Shown here piece after piece: positions 21,040-35,352 of a stretch of 64,000 nucleotides of DNA. The first letter of the stretch is position 1; the number at the start of each line of letters is the position of its first letter. The stretch covers positions 372,001-436,000 of the forward strand of contig NW_003314297.1 in NCBI RefSeq assembly GCF_000143415.4. Reading direction: 5' to 3'. The DNA is from Selaginella moellendorffii. Lineage: Eukaryota; Plantae; Lycopodiophyta. A program made the translations under genes and the position numbers. The notes under the pieces were generated by a model, which was given only the letters and a program-made list of their open reading frames with translations, made no database searches and was not told the DNA's origin.

Positions 21040-22629
21040 ACTTACATGGTAATATGAGGTAAAAGAACGCCCTTTTATAATCTGCACTGCATTAAGTCAA
21101 ACATCTAAGGTACAACTAATTATTTGCTAGACTTTTTCCAAACCCAAATATTCTGATTTTTAGGATCTCATGTTTTCTCCTTTTTTTATACGAATGATCT
21201 TAAACTTATAAATAATAATAATAATAATACTCAAGAATCTCAGTATATTTGTTTAGAAAGTACAAAATTTAAACTTTGCATCTAATATTGGTTCAAATAT
21301 ATTAGCACAATTGGATTAAACTAGTAGTTAACACCTAGATTAAGAAAGAATATTCTCAAAATTGAGTGCCTGACTGAGCTACATGGTGTCACACCATGCT
21401 TGGAGTTTAGGAAAGCACACCTTGTTCCTTAATATAGATCAAGCTTTACTGCATACAAGTTATCTAGATGCCCATCCTTATGCCGCATGGGCATCTGGAT
21501 AGGTGGTACATGCATTAACATCAAGCATCCCACCTAGATATCTATGATGTTACTGTTTGGTGTTGGACCCCAATTTTTCCAAGGTAAAAGTCTTTTGTGC
21601 AATCTTTGTGTCAGCTGTAAATCTCTTGTTAACCTTTAACCTTTATACTTTTGAATTATGGTCTAAAAGAATATTCTTAGAATAACCTTCATTTTTGTTG
21701 GTTTTCAAGGTCATCAGGGTCAAAGGAAATGATATATTAAAGAAGATCACTCACCTTGGTGCAACAAGGCTGCCAAGAAATGGTTTCTTCATCTTCCATC
21801 ACCCACACTTTCTTGCAACAAGAAAGTAGGTGCCTATAGCAGCAAGATCACTATTGTGTCCTTGGATGCTTTTTGTGGAAATAGTGTGGATTCCCACACC
21901 AAAAATGCTGCAGTTGTTCAAGTTTGGTCAACACCTCTTAGTCTAGTTATTTTCAACAGCTAGGTCATATTCTTTTTAGAAGTCTATAAAAGCTTGATGC
22001 CACTGACATGGTTGTGGAGAACTTCCAGGAAGAAAAGAATTTCTATCTTTGTCACTTTCAATACAGAATTGAGCCCAGCAATAGCAAGCTGGCTATATGG
22101 GTGACTTGGGTTTGGCTTAAGATCACATATCCTTAACCAAAACTAAGATAACAAAAAAATTATATCCAAAACATATTTTATGTTATTCCATTTACTTTGT
22201 TCTATTTGAGATGTGAATGAAATACCACCAAAATAAATGCTCATAGTCCCTTTATAAATTGCAATGGTGAATTAAAATGATTTCACTTGGTATAAATTAT
22301 ACCATCATAATCTACTTATTATTTATATCTAATTATTTAATTCAAAAAAAATTAATTAAGCAAACTAAGGGTTAAAGTGTATTCTGAAGATCAAAATCAT
22401 CTAGAAATGGCAGCACTAGCACCTCCACTTTGCCCTCTAGGATCTATATCATTTAGCTCATTGCTGGCTTGGATCCTGGATCTTGGTGGATGCACCACAA
22501 CACAATCTTGAGTGCCACTCACCGGGTTTGGATTGGCAATACTCTCTAGCTTTGACATCATATACTTGTGGAAGGTGTAGATTGGGAAATACCACTTGCC
22601 AAGTGGTGGCAATCTTTGTCACCCAGGTT

Positions 22630-25262
22630 TGTTATAATTTAGTATGAAAAGACAAGGATCTAATCTCCTTAGACTATCTTATGCTTCCTCTTGAGGTTCC
22701 TCACCACCCAACCACCCCTGAGCTACATCAAAAGCTCCACTGTGCTGTCATTCCACTATGAGCCCTAGGATAAGTTAAATTCCTTACCCTGTTGTGCCTT
22801 AATATACCTTTGAGCTTCCCTTTAACCAATGTCAACCATGTGCTTAAAGCTAGCACCTAACAATTCTTCCTCCCAACAAAGTCCTTGTCCCAAGGACGAG
22901 TTGTATTGGTGATCACCCTTTATGGGGAACCCTACTTAAGCTCTTGGTCCATCTCCCATAACCGTATATATCAAAAAGGCATTGGGCTTGTCACTTTAAG
23001 ATAGTACATCTTTCAATTGATTGACATAAAATACTAAATGATTTTTCATCCTAGTTGGCAGTTGCACCCGATAAGCTGCCTTACCAATGCACTCCAACAC
23101 TTCATATGGATCAACATACTAATGAGAAAAGTTTATCACTCTTTCCATTTCACAAAAGCACTAAGGTTTTCTACTGCTCATTTAACGAAAAGATCACTCT
23201 CACAAAGACAAGATCACCCACCTTATATTCTTAGAATTAGCAATCCTTATTAGCAAAATTTTCTGCTTTATCCTAAATTGTCTACAAATTCTGTTTACAC
23301 ACCACTAGAATCTCATCAAGTTCTGTGGCTAGATCTGTCACCTCAAAATCAAGTTTGTCTTGAACATCCTTACTCAAATACACTCTCAACTCCACTGTTG
23401 TTTAAGGATGCTTTCCAAATATGGCAAAGTAAGGATTTAGTTTGGTTCCATTGTGTTGGCCATTGTTATAAGCAAATTGCACTAATGAAATATATAAATC
23501 TTATTGTTCTTGCCTTTGACCAATGCTACAATATAGCATATCCACCACCATCTGATTCACACATTCAGTTTGCCTATCCGTCTAAGGATGATTTCCATTT
23601 AAGTATTTCAAAATCACTTGCATAGCTTTTGCAAAGCTTTTCCAAAATCCATTAGTGAACTTTGAATCTCAATCACTAATGATGTCTTCCGGCAAACCAA
23701 AATTAGGAAAAACTTTCTTTAAATAGATTGCACCCAAGTTTGAGGCAGTGATAGTCTTCTAAAGAGCCAACAACTGTACATACTTTGTCAACCAATCCAC
23801 TATAACCCATATTTGCTCTTTTTTTCCCTATGTATTCGTGGCAAACAAGTAATAAAGTCCATAGAGATACTACACTAACGGCTCTAAGGAATAGGCAAAG
23901 GTTGCAAAATGCCCCTCAGCTTCTTTGTAGCATCTTAACCCGCTGACATAGCTCATATGATTTACAATACTCGATCATATTCCTCCAATAAAAATTTCAC
24001 TTAATTAACTCATACATCTTCTTCCCCTTAAAATGACTAGCCTCTAGATAATCATGATAGTGAAATAAAACTTGAGTAATTAACACATCCACCTATGGCA
24101 AATATGGCTATTATAATAAAGAATCCCATCCACCAATGAGAAAGGTGCTTCTATATGGGTTTGCAAAAAAAAAACCTCAGAATCTTGAGCTTGAGCACGC
24201 TCAACCAACTACCCAAACTCGCTGACCACCTTACTTAAATGATAATATAACTATGTTTGTAATGCCGTCATATGACAAACACGAAATAAAGTTTTCACCA
24301 CCACATTTGATTTTCCCAGATGATGCTCAATAAGAAACTCCCCAAACTCCATAAGTTTGACAATTGGATGAGTTTGCGTAGTGTTCAATTCTTTCTATGT
24401 GAAAAAATACACAAAAGGTTTGTGATCCATCAATACCATAAATACTGCACCATAAAAATAATGCCCCTACATCCGCAAAGTATGAACACTAGAGTAACTC
24501 TTGTTCATATGTGGAATAGTGTTACTTTGCAAAATTCAAAGTTCAATTATCATATGCAATAAGCTATCCTTCTTGCATAAGAACTCCTTCTAGTGTATAA
24601 CCACTCGCATCCCATATCACCTCATAAAGTTTTGATGGATTAGCAATGCAAAGTACTGAAGCCTCACTTAACAGCCATTTCAATGCCACAAAACTCTCCT
24701 TGTGTGGTTGCTTCCACTCGAATGGCATATTCTTGCACAACAACTGTGTCAAAGGAATAGCCACCTCCACAAACTTATGCTGGAAACGTTAGTAATAATT
24801 AGTTATACCAAGGAAACTATGTAATTCGGCCACTAAAGCTGGTATGGTTAGTTCTCCACCATAGCCACCATCCTTAGATTTGTCTTGACACCTTTAGATG
24901 TCACAATATAACCTAGATACTCCATCTCTAACTTTGTAAACTCACATTTATTTTTCTTTGCATAAAGTTTGCTATTACATAGTAACAAAAGAACCTTGTG
25001 CAAATGCATTTTGTGCTCCTCTATATTTTTTACTGAAAACAAGACTATTATCCAAAACAATCTCCACAAACTTATGAAGATAACGCCCAAATATCTCCAT
25101 CATCAATCGAGTAAATATAGTTCATGAATTCATTAAACCAAATGGCATAACTATAAACTCAAAATGCCTAAAACTTGTGTTGAATGCCATCTTGGAGATA
25201 GATGCATCATCTATTGCAATCTGATAATATCCACTCATCAGATTAATCTTGGTAAACACTCG
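22630..25262 (-). mobile_element. 3' half of a decayed gypsy (same family as A): RT-RH-INT, PPT, 3' LTR 22630-22862
   Basis: ORF fragments 24848-25090 (RT) and 24564-24770 (DASGY..GVLMQ), integrase remnants 23000-24050. Cut at 25263 by a long-LTR insertion. Confidence 0.85.
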
Positions 25263-25886
25263 TGTGAGACATAAAATCCATAGGCCCCAAAGAGGAGCCA
25301 AAAGGGTGCCACGTGGTAGTGGTTGAGGCGAAAGCCAAATGAGTGTAACACATATGGACTAAAAGCTTCGACTTGAAAAGTCAAGAGTGGGAATGGAACT
25401 CCTAATGAAGTGCTTGAGGAACAAGCATGAAGTGAGCAATAAGGGAATCTTTAAAAAAGGGACACAAAAGGACCAACACATGAAAGGTGGTTGGAGTCTG
25501 AGATGGACCCGAGATAGAGTCTGAGATGGACCTGAGATGGAGTTCGAGATGGACCCGAAATCGAGTCCAAGATGGAGTTTGAGATGGACACGAGATGGAG
25601 TTCGAGATGGAGTCCGAGATGGACCTGAGATGGAGTTTGAGATAGAGTCTGAGATGGACCTAAGATGGAGTCCATGATGGAGTCTGAGATGGAACCTAGA
25701 CCAAGACTGAGACTGAGATCGAGATTGAGTTTGAGTCTGAAACCGAGACCAAAACCGAGTTTGAGTCCCAGTCCGAGTCTAAATACTAATACAGGCTGTT
25801 GGGTGAAAGCCCAAAAGCGATCGTCCCCCAAGGGGGGGGGGGGGTGGGAGGGTAGGGAAAGTGTTGGGGTTTGACCCCCATGGAGT
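25263..25886 (+). repeat. 5' part of long LTR family X with GAGATGGAGTCC/GAGATGGACCC tandem array
   Basis: Starts TGTGAGAC; colinear with 53511-54180 and 36693-37070; interrupted by element C. Confidence 0.85.
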
Positions 25887-28800
25887 TGTTGTGCACTTGA
25901 ATTTGGAGCCCAACTCCAAGCTTGTTGCGCTATGAAATGAGGGTCCGGTACAATCCCACGAGCACCAGCTCCCCGTATCCAGCACCTATACGCAAAATGG
26001 TGTCAGACGAAGTCTAGCACAATTTTGGCATACCGGTGGCCTAACGTGAGGAGGAGAGTACCCCACCGACTAGAGCAGCATGGAGCTTGGGCTTAGACCC
26101 AAGCCGGATGCAGAACAAGGAACGACACAACCTAGCAGGAGCCAAACTAATGTCTCAGGTGGTCGGACATGCATTCCAACCACTATCCCTACTATACATT
26201 TGGAACCCCCCATAACCCCTCCCCCCCCCCCCCCCCCTTAAGGAACACACGCTTTGGGCTTTCACCCCAAGTGTCCCTTAGTACCAAGAGTTAGTCTTTG
26301 GGACAAGCTCGAAACTTACCAAATATGGAATGTCCTTAGATCGCAAATTTGGACATGGGACGAACACCATTGTGTTCAGACTGATATTTACATTCTGTAG
26401 ATATGCCAAATAAGCAAATCTAAACACTTTCCATAAATAGCATTTAGGACTGAAATGAGACAGACACGGTAAGCTATTATATAACGATATTGAGGGACTA
26501 GACTCAATATCGAGGGGGTTCCCAACAGTAATAAGTGGAAGTTAATGAATGAATTTCTCTAACCAGGTCAAGTATGCTTGACAAATAGTATGTAAGAATT
26601 CCATCTTTATGCTCATATGGTCAAGTGCACATGCAATGACTAGTTTCTCAACTAGCTTGGGTGGAGACCATAAAAGGGACCAGCAGTACCGACCTTTTAC
26701 CGTTGTGGCAGTAAGGAAAGAGTGTTCATAAGGACTGACCGAAAAGTATCTTTAGATACCTAAAGTCACATTTATGACACTCTCCCCCCCTTGGGGAAGA
26801 TCGACATCCTCATTGATGCATACCCGAGTCTAGCAAACCGTCAAGGAAACAACTCCGAAAGTTGATGGAAAGCACACTATGTGGGAAACACGCAAACTTA
26901 AATGAGTTATGGAATGACCTCTCCTTTACGTCTAAAAACGTTAAGACTCAGACACCCTCCGGCCATCACTGATAAGAAAATGACTAATGAAGTTAGCCAC
27001 CCTTACTGCTCCGAGTACCACTCAGCTTACAAAGGAATAATACATCCCTGCCCAAAAGGACATAGGGAGAAGACTAGAGGCCCAACTTCCCCTGAGCAAG
27101 AAATCAACCCTGTCGGGAAGATTTAGACAACTATTAGAAACTGGCAGATTAAGCTGTTTACACGATTACGCCCCTTTTCAAAAATGAGTCATCGAAAGAG
27201 AGGTGGGAACTTGTGATTAGTTTATAATAGTTATCCCCATGGTTATGGATTGGACCCATGCACCGAAGTGCTAATGTCAGCCTACCAAAACTGACCTAAG
27301 TACTAACGAACAAGAGAAATAAAACTTTGATTTATAGAAATATATTACTTTATTAATTTGCAAGATTTATTACAAAGTTTACAAAAGCTAGTCTTTATTA
27401 CTATTCTCATACTCCGTGACAAGCTCACGAGCATGTGTAAGATTACTAAGAGGTTCCCAAGTTGATTCACAAACTGAGTAACCTTTCCACTTAACTAGAT
27501 ATTCCTTGGAATGACCACCATATTTCCAATGACATGATAGAATGCTTTCAACTTTGTATTCAGGTTCACTATCCACAACTTTTGGTAGTGAACAAATCTC
27601 CCCTTGACGTGCAACATCCATAGTGTAAGGAGCCAATAGATTGGCATGAAATACATTATGAACATTGGACATCTCTGCAGGCAGATCCAACCGATAGAAT
27701 ACATCACCAATGCGTTTTAACACTCGATAGGGTCTAACATATCTCAGTAAGAGCTTTCGAGACAAAGAACCCTTAATGTTCAAGTTTTAGGAAGATAGCC
27801 ACACCTGATCTCCCACTTGATAGGATACATCCCGACGATGCTGATCCTTATCACGTCAATATCTATCTTGAGCTTTGCCCATTGCCTCAGTAGCTTTAGA
27901 CCAACCTTGGTGCAGCTACTCCACATAAGTCTCAACGGCCGGGACCAACACTTCGGTCATTAGTTTTGGTACAACAATACTGCATTCCCTTGCAGTATCT
28001 CCCATGGAGAGCAGCCTATAGCACTGTGAAATGTGTTGTTATAACAGATTTCTGTTGTGTCCAAATGCTCAACCCAATCGCATTGGTTCGCCACAACATA
28101 GTACTGTAGATAATCCTCAACTTGAGCATTCACACGTTTGGTCTACCCATCAGTTTGAGGATGATAAGCCACACTAAACTTCAACTTGGTACCGAACAAC
28201 TGGAATAGTGTGCCCTAAAACTTCCCCGTAAACCTCGAATCTCTATCCGAGATCATCTCTTCAGGAAGACCACGAACTCGCACTACTTCATGGAAAAAGA
28301 GCTTTGCTGCTTGTTTCATATTTACTGTTCCCACAGTTGGAATGAAGTGTGCAATCTTTAACAACCAATCTATAACCACCATCAAAGTATCATACCCTTT
28401 AGACTTTGGCTAGCAAGTGACGAAATCAAGTGTCACACTCTGAAATGGCCATGCCGGTGTTGGAATGCACTGCAACTTTCCAGCTTGCTTCTCAATTTTG
28501 CACTTACATTGCTAGCATATAGGGTAGGAATGGATATAGTCTGTTACATCACCTTCCATACCAGACTAGAAAAATCCCTTTTTCAATGAAGCTAGAGTCT
28601 TTTGCTTCCCACCATATCCCACTGCTGGAACATCATGATGTTCCCGCAGAAACAGCTGCTGCAGATCCTTAGAGGGAAGATACAATCTTTCTTGCTTATA
28701 GAATATAAGCCCATCTTGAACTGAGAAGTGAAGCTTCACATTGGTTCGACTAGCAACTTTTACTGCTTTGCTACCAACGTCTTGCTTCGACAACTCCACA

Positions 28801-31800
28801 TGGTGCAATATTGCCTTTGCCAATGGATCACTTCCATACGAAGCCCAAACATCCTCTAACCAGTCCAAAATAATTGCCGATATTGCCCAGAATTGAGCCT
28901 GACGACTCAATGCATTTGGAACAATATTGTCTTTACCAGGTTTATATATGATTTTAATATCATATCTAGCAAGCTTCTCTTGCCAATGAGCTTGCTTCGA
29001 CATAAGCTTAAGCTGCGGAGCAAAGTAACTCAATGTGTTACTATTTGTATAAACCTTGGTGTGTCCACCCAAATGGTGTCTCTAGTGTTCCAGGGCTGAC
29101 ACTATAGCAAACATCTCTTTCTCATACGTTGGCCATCTTCGTTGAGTTTCATCTAATTTCTTGGAATAGAATGCAACAAGACAACCATGTCGCTTTAGCG
29201 TAACACCAACCACTTTGTCACAATCTTGCTGCAACACAACACCAATAGCATGGCCAGATGCATCACAATGCATTTCGAAGGGTTGATTAAGATCTGGGAT
29301 CTTAAGAATAAGAACCGTAGTCAAGATCTCCTTCAACCGTACAAAAGCACACTAACAAGTTGGTGTCCAATGAAACGGTATACTACTCTTCGTCAACTCA
29401 GTCAATGGAAGAGCAAGTCTTGCAAAATTATGGACAAACTTGCAATAATATCCCACCAAATTGAGAAAGAAATAAACATCTGATACAGCGGTCGGGACTT
29501 CCCAAGACTTCACCACTTCCACCTTCTTTAGATCAACCTCAATTACGCCACCACCAACTATATGTCAGAGAAAGTTTATGTGCAATTATCCAAAAGTGCA
29601 TTTACTTTCCTTAGCATACAATTGGTGTTCACGCAATTTCTGAAACACTAGCTCCAAGTGTTTCAAATGATCCTCCAATATTTCACTAAAGACTAGAATA
29701 TTGTCAATATATAGGACAATAAATGCGTCTAAATAATCTCCAAATATTCTATCCATCATAGTGTTGAACGTTACTAGAGCATTGCATAACCCAAACGGCA
29801 TGATAAGGAACTCATAAGATCCATATTAAGTCTTAAAGGCTGTCTTCTCCACATCCTGACCTGCCACCCGTATATCTGATGATACCCGAATTGCAAATCA
29901 AGTCGCATAAAATACTTAGCCTTTAAGAGTTGGATGGTTCCATCCTTTTTCATAACAAAAAAGACCAGTGCTCTATAATGTGACTTGCTTGGTCGAATAT
30001 GGCCTTTGTCAAGAAACTCCATGAGTTGCTTCTTGAGTTCAGCCATCTCCTTGATGTTCAATCGATATAGAGCTTTTGTAGGTGGTTTAAAACCCGGAAT
30101 AACCTCAATCCGATGATCAACCTCATGGCTAGGAGGTAGCCCTAGTGGCAAATCCTTCGGGAAGATATCCTAATTCCACACCAACAACTCCAATATCTTC
30201 TTTGGTACAGGATTAACCTTGTTACCAATTCAAACTAAGTCATCAACACCCTCAGCTTCCATCACTTGAACCTAAAAGGTCCAACATCCCTTCTTAGCTA
30301 CTTTTTAAGTGGCCCTCACAGTCAGGAACTTAGCATCCCAATCCTTTGAGGAGCACTTTTGCAACTGGAAGGACACATCAAGATGTCCTTTTGACTTGAA
30401 TGTGATACAACTTTGTCCAGCACTATAAATCCCTTTTATATATTTGTTGAAAAAGTCTATACCAAACACCATCTAAAAATCTAGTATCTTCAACACTACC
30501 AAATCCACTCTTTCTTTCCACTTGGATATTTTTATTGGAACATCACTCACAAATTTTCTGGTTACTTGCCCACCTTCTGCAAACCGAAAGTGCATATGTG
30601 ACATTTGCTCAGCATTCAATCCTAACAACTTAACTAAATCTTCAGATATCACACTGTGCGTAGCTCCTATGTCAATCATCACTCAGATTCGGTGTTTGCA
30701 GACAAAGCCTACTAGATACATCAATGGATCAGTATTTGCATTGAATGCGAGAAAAGCTTGAGGAAAGCAACGAAAGTGACTCACCTCTTCTTCCTCATAG
30801 TCTGCATTGATCAACTCATCAACCCCTTCAGCTTCGCCACCACAGTCTTCCCTCATGACATTAACCCAAGACTTTGTCTTATGCTTGTTGAGACATTCCG
30901 AGGACCTATGTCCTGACTCTCCACAATGGAAGCAATGACCCACACTACCTGTTCCGCTAGGAGTAGGTTTCACAGGTTGCTGTTGCTTGTACCCACCAGG
31001 AGGAATAGAGGGCTTAGGACTAGAAGAAGCTGCTAGTGGTCTCCAACCACCACCACCTTTGTTAACCGTTGCTTGTGAGCCTCTAGGGTAGAACCTTCCT
31101 TCCACCCTCTATTTCCAATCACCTTGTTTATTCCTAGAATTCCTATTCTTATCTGAGTTACTAGCATACAATTGTTGATATTGTTCTAGGAGTGAGTGAT
31201 TAAAGGCAACTTGCTGCACTGCCTCTTTACACTCCAGGTATGTTTTCAACTTAAATTTCAAAATCTCATTGCGAGAAAGTGAACCATCTTTGTCACTCAT
31301 ATTTGCAATCATAATGCGCTTTTGAGCAAACGCATTAACATAATGCATGAGGTCCTCTCACTGCTTTAACCACCGCAGCTCTGCGCAAAGTCTTAGACCA
31401 AGGTCATCTAGCAAGTATTCCTTATGGATATGAGACCGCATCTTGGTCCAACTTCTAATTTGTCCTTTTTCAGCACACACCTGGTGCCACCAAGTTTTGG
31501 CATGATCGGTAAAAAAGGATTGCGCGCACGCTACTTTCATACCATCATCTACGTCTACCGCTATGAAATAATTTTCTATATCGTAAACCAAGTCTTCCAA
31601 AACCTGATAGTCCCGCATGCCTCTAAAGTTGGGTAGTTTCAGAGGCTTGAACTTTGAAACTCATGCAACCGGGGGTGGTTGTAGAACTTCATCATCCTTA
31701 GAACTTGAAGAGGAGTTTTGTTGTTTAGGTTTAGCTGGTTTAGCTGCCTCAGCTTCTTTCTTTCTCTTCTTGTTCTCCTTCTTCAATTTGTGAATCTCCT

Positions 31801-32602
31801 TTTGCAAATTCTCAATCTCGACTTCCTGAGCTGTATGCTGCAATGCCGCAGCATTTGGCCCTTCCTCTTCTAACTTGGCCTCAGCCTCTTCCGCAGCATC
31901 TCTAGTAGGAGTTTCCTCCTCTCGATTTGCTCGTCTAAAGGTTTCAACGTCATCAACACTATTCCTTTTCACCATCCCACTAGCTACATGCATGCCTCTA
32001 TCAGTAACTGAACATGCATACAACATTCTTACCAAATGGTGCAATCTAACTAATCCTACACAGTTCACTTTGGATCTACTAGAAAAGTCTTTGTGTATGC
32101 AATTTGAGTCAGAAAATCCGACAAAGGTTGGATAGGAATCGCTAAGACAATTACTCTAATACCAAATGTAGCACACCTGAATTTGGAGTCGAAATTCAAG
32201 CCTGTTGCGCTACGAAACGAAGGTCTGGTACAATCCCACAAGCACCAACTCCCTGTATCCAACACCTGCATGCAAAATGGTGTCAAACAAAGTCTAGCAC
32301 AATTTTGGCATACTGGTGGCCTAATGTGAGGAGGAGGGTACCCCACCGATTAGAGTAACATGGAGCTTGGGCTTAGACCCAAGCCGAATGCAAAACAAGG
32401 AACAACACAGCCCAGCAGGAGCCAAACTAATGTCTCAAGTGGTCAAACATCCCAAGCTTCCCTTAGTACCAGGAGTTAATCTTTAGGACAAGCTCGAAAC
32501 TTACCAAATATAGAATGTCCCTAGATCGCGAATTTGGACATGGGACGAACACCATTGTGTTTAGACCGATATCTACATTCTGTAAATATGCCAAATGAGC
32601 GA
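25887..32602 (-). mobile_element. Decayed tRNA-iMet-primed chromovirus (Ty3/gypsy), element C
   Basis: 3' LTR 25887-26779 with adjacent PPT (plus-strand CTCTCCCCCCC 26780-26790). Truncated 5' LTR 32167-~32602; PBS TGGTATTAGAG at 32154-32164. gag, CFHCGESGHRSSEC, PR (IDIGATHS), RT (YIDNIL), RH, INT, chromodomain EYKVESIL..YLVKWKGY..STWEP. Confidence 0.9.
27388..31975 (-). pseudogene. gag-pol of element C
   Basis: Chain of minus-strand ORF fragments from 31661-32068 down to 27388-27783, in canonical gypsy order. Confidence 0.88.
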
Positions 32603-34089
32603 GTAGAACATAAATACAAGAAGTTGTATCCTAGCAAGCTAGCACCTCAAAAGTAGGGCCTTACAGGTCATCAGATTAGTAAAGTCCAAAAAGCTAAATG
32701 ACTCAAGTAAAGTTAAGGAATGGTTCTAAGGGTTTAGTAGAAGCATTTAGACTGAGGTGTGTTGTGCCCCATGAAGGATGGGAAGGATCATAAGATTTAA
32801 GTATGAAAAAAATAGGTATTTTATTGATGGTAAAATATGCCATATTAAAGTCGTGAGAAAAGTGTTATCAGAAGAAAACAACTTTCACACAAAATTGTAT
32901 GTAAACTCTATTGTGCAGTACTAACGGATAGTTGGCATGAGAAACCACTGTATTGGTCTTAGCAAAGACCTAGACACAAGTAAGAAGTGTCATAAAGGTA
33001 GGCTTGTGGAGCCGATGGTGTGGAGCATATTTTAAACTCTCCATGGCATCACGGTTGCTAACAACAACACACTCAAGCACCCACTTGATTTTCCACTCCC
33101 AACTCACCTAACCACCCTTGGTTATGCCCTTCCATTCCTATGGTTTGATTCTATTCATTTATTACTTGCTTTTTGGCCTCATACGTTTCTTTTGGTTATT
33201 CTCCTCTAGATTAAAAAGATAGCTTTGCACTTTCTACCATGCCTTAATAAGTATTTTTAGGGATGAACCTACTCAATAGCCTAGGAGGTTCCTTAATCCA
33301 GGTATACTTACTTTGTAATCCCACACACTGGGATTAACATTGCTACTTATAGGCCTTTATATATCCATTGCTAATTTTGCTAAAACTTCTTTTTTGGCTT
33401 TGTCTAATTCGGATATATGGACTTCTCCTATCTCTGCAACTTTGGAGGTTTGGATAGCACCTTTTATCCATCATTCGTTAAGAATTTAGTCCCTTGGGCC
33501 TTGTTTAATGTTCTCATGACACCAAACACCACTTTCTGGTGTTTTAGAGTGTTTGGGTATCCCAATGATGGCCTTTTTTGCCAATAAACATTCTCTTTAC
33601 AACATTGACTTATTATATCACAACATAAATAATTTATCCCCCATAAGAGTATATTTAACTTCCTTATCCTAATAAGAAGTCTTGGGTAGTTACCTTTTAC
33701 CAGTTTAATCAATTATTTTGCACCTTTTGCTTAATCACTTCATAGTTGTCAAATCCTACAACTCATTGCTGGTGCTTCCACACCTCCATCATTATTTGGG
33801 TCATCACATTCTAACCGCATGCCTTTTAGTTTAGACTTATGCTATTCCCATTTTTATTAGGATTCCTTTGGGAAGAGGTTCTCATGAATTTGCTAACTTG
33901 ACCTCAAGGCATCACGCCTTAGCACATTTGGTGTGAATTATCCATATTAGATCATATGGCAATTAGAAGCTTGCGAAAGGAGAGGCCTTAGCAAGCTAAG
34001 GGATAAAGTTCCTTCAAGGTTCCCAAAGACAATTCTAAGTAGTTTAGTACTTAGAAAAGCAAGTGTAAATAGTTCATATAACGCGCGAA

Positions 34090-34116
34090 ATTAGAGTGGC
34101 GCAGCAAAAGCATAGT
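34090..34116 (+). other. Decayed copy of the 5' third of plant initiator tRNA-Met (not a full tRNA gene)
   Basis: ATTAGAGTGGCGCAGCAAAAGCATAGT versus tRNA-iMet ATCAGAGTGGCGCAGCGGAAGCGTGGT (recalled): 22/27, all differences C>T or G>A. Confidence 0.6.
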
Positions 34117-35352
34117 CTTAAGCTTGCCATAAGGCGAAGCTATAAAAGTTGGGAAAGTAGTTCCTGAGTGTTCAAAGGGATGGATTTGAATGAAAGTCGA
34201 TGGTCAAGGACTTTCATATTTATGCATGAACCATGTTACGGTGTTTGAATGACTTCCTAAGTGAGATTGGCAAGTCGGGGGAATAAATACCCTAGTTGAA
34301 GCTGTTAACTTCAAAGGGGTGGCCCATAGGGCCAAGCATGGAGGAGTCCATGCATGATTATAGACTTGTCAAGTCAAAGGACTTTGCAATACAGAGGAAC
34401 TAGGTTCCTAAGCTGTGCTCTATAGTGCACTTTAAGTATAAATTGGTACACTGATATGGGGAGTCATGCTAGGCATCCTAGGTGATGTTGACTGTAGATG
34501 CATATACGGAGGTTGAGTTTGAGTCCCAACTCTATAGTGCTTGGGTTCAAGTTCCAACTCACTAGGGCATAGTGATGGGTTGGAATATGAGGACACTCAT
34601 TTTTCAGTGGTCATGGACTCTCAGTAAGAAGACTAGCTTGGGCACACCACCAAGCGAGGGATGCCCTAGAGTTGTGATACATGGTTAAATTGCTTAGTGT
34701 GAAAGTTTGGCATATCTAACTTGAATACTTTGGTGCAAGTGGCACCAAAGACGTGTTGAATGAGATAGGGACAGCCAATCTCAATTGCTATAGACCCTTG
34801 GTCAAAAGGGCTGGCTTGGGCACACCGCTAAGTGTGGGGGATGCCCCTAGGGTCATGATTAACAACTTAAAGGTCTGGAAGACCTAGTACATATTGGCAA
34901 AACTGTTAAGGTGCCAAGGTGAGATCACTAAGTGATTTTGTGGTTAAATAAAGACAAGGGTTTTTTTTGCTTAAAGAATAAAATTCCTAATTCAAAATGG
35001 TGATTTGAATTGTTGGTAATGGTGTGATTTGGTCAAAGTGACCAAGTGGGAAAGACACTTAAAGGAAAATTAGTGGTGTCAATGTAATGGTATAGTGAGT
35101 TCAAGAAAATAGTCTCTAGGAAAGACCAATAGGAGGGTTACAAAGTTTGGTCGTGGATAGAGCCTATAATAAAAAATGCAAAAGAGACTTACTAAGGGTG
35201 AACACCCTCTGGACTTGGCAAAGCAAAGTCTTTGTTATGGAACCGAAAGGATACCTCGAGAATGGAGGTAGTGATCCTATGCTGCTGGGTGCAACAATCA
35301 AAGGTTAGGAGCAAAAGACTAGTGGCTAAGAAAAGAGCTCTGGGAATCATGG

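Noticed and set aside
21461-21501. 15-bp hairpin (also a 12-bp hairpin at ~20042-20072)
   Set aside because: Short and isolated, with no TSD or other supporting context.
21720-22612. Coding-like minus-strand remnants (e.g. ORF 22397-22612)
   Set aside because: Stops in all frames and no motif I can assign; possibly a decayed gene, but unsupported.
34090-34165. Complete tRNA-Met gene
   Set aside because: Similarity stops after ~27 nt; no anticodon arm, T arm or acceptor 3' half.
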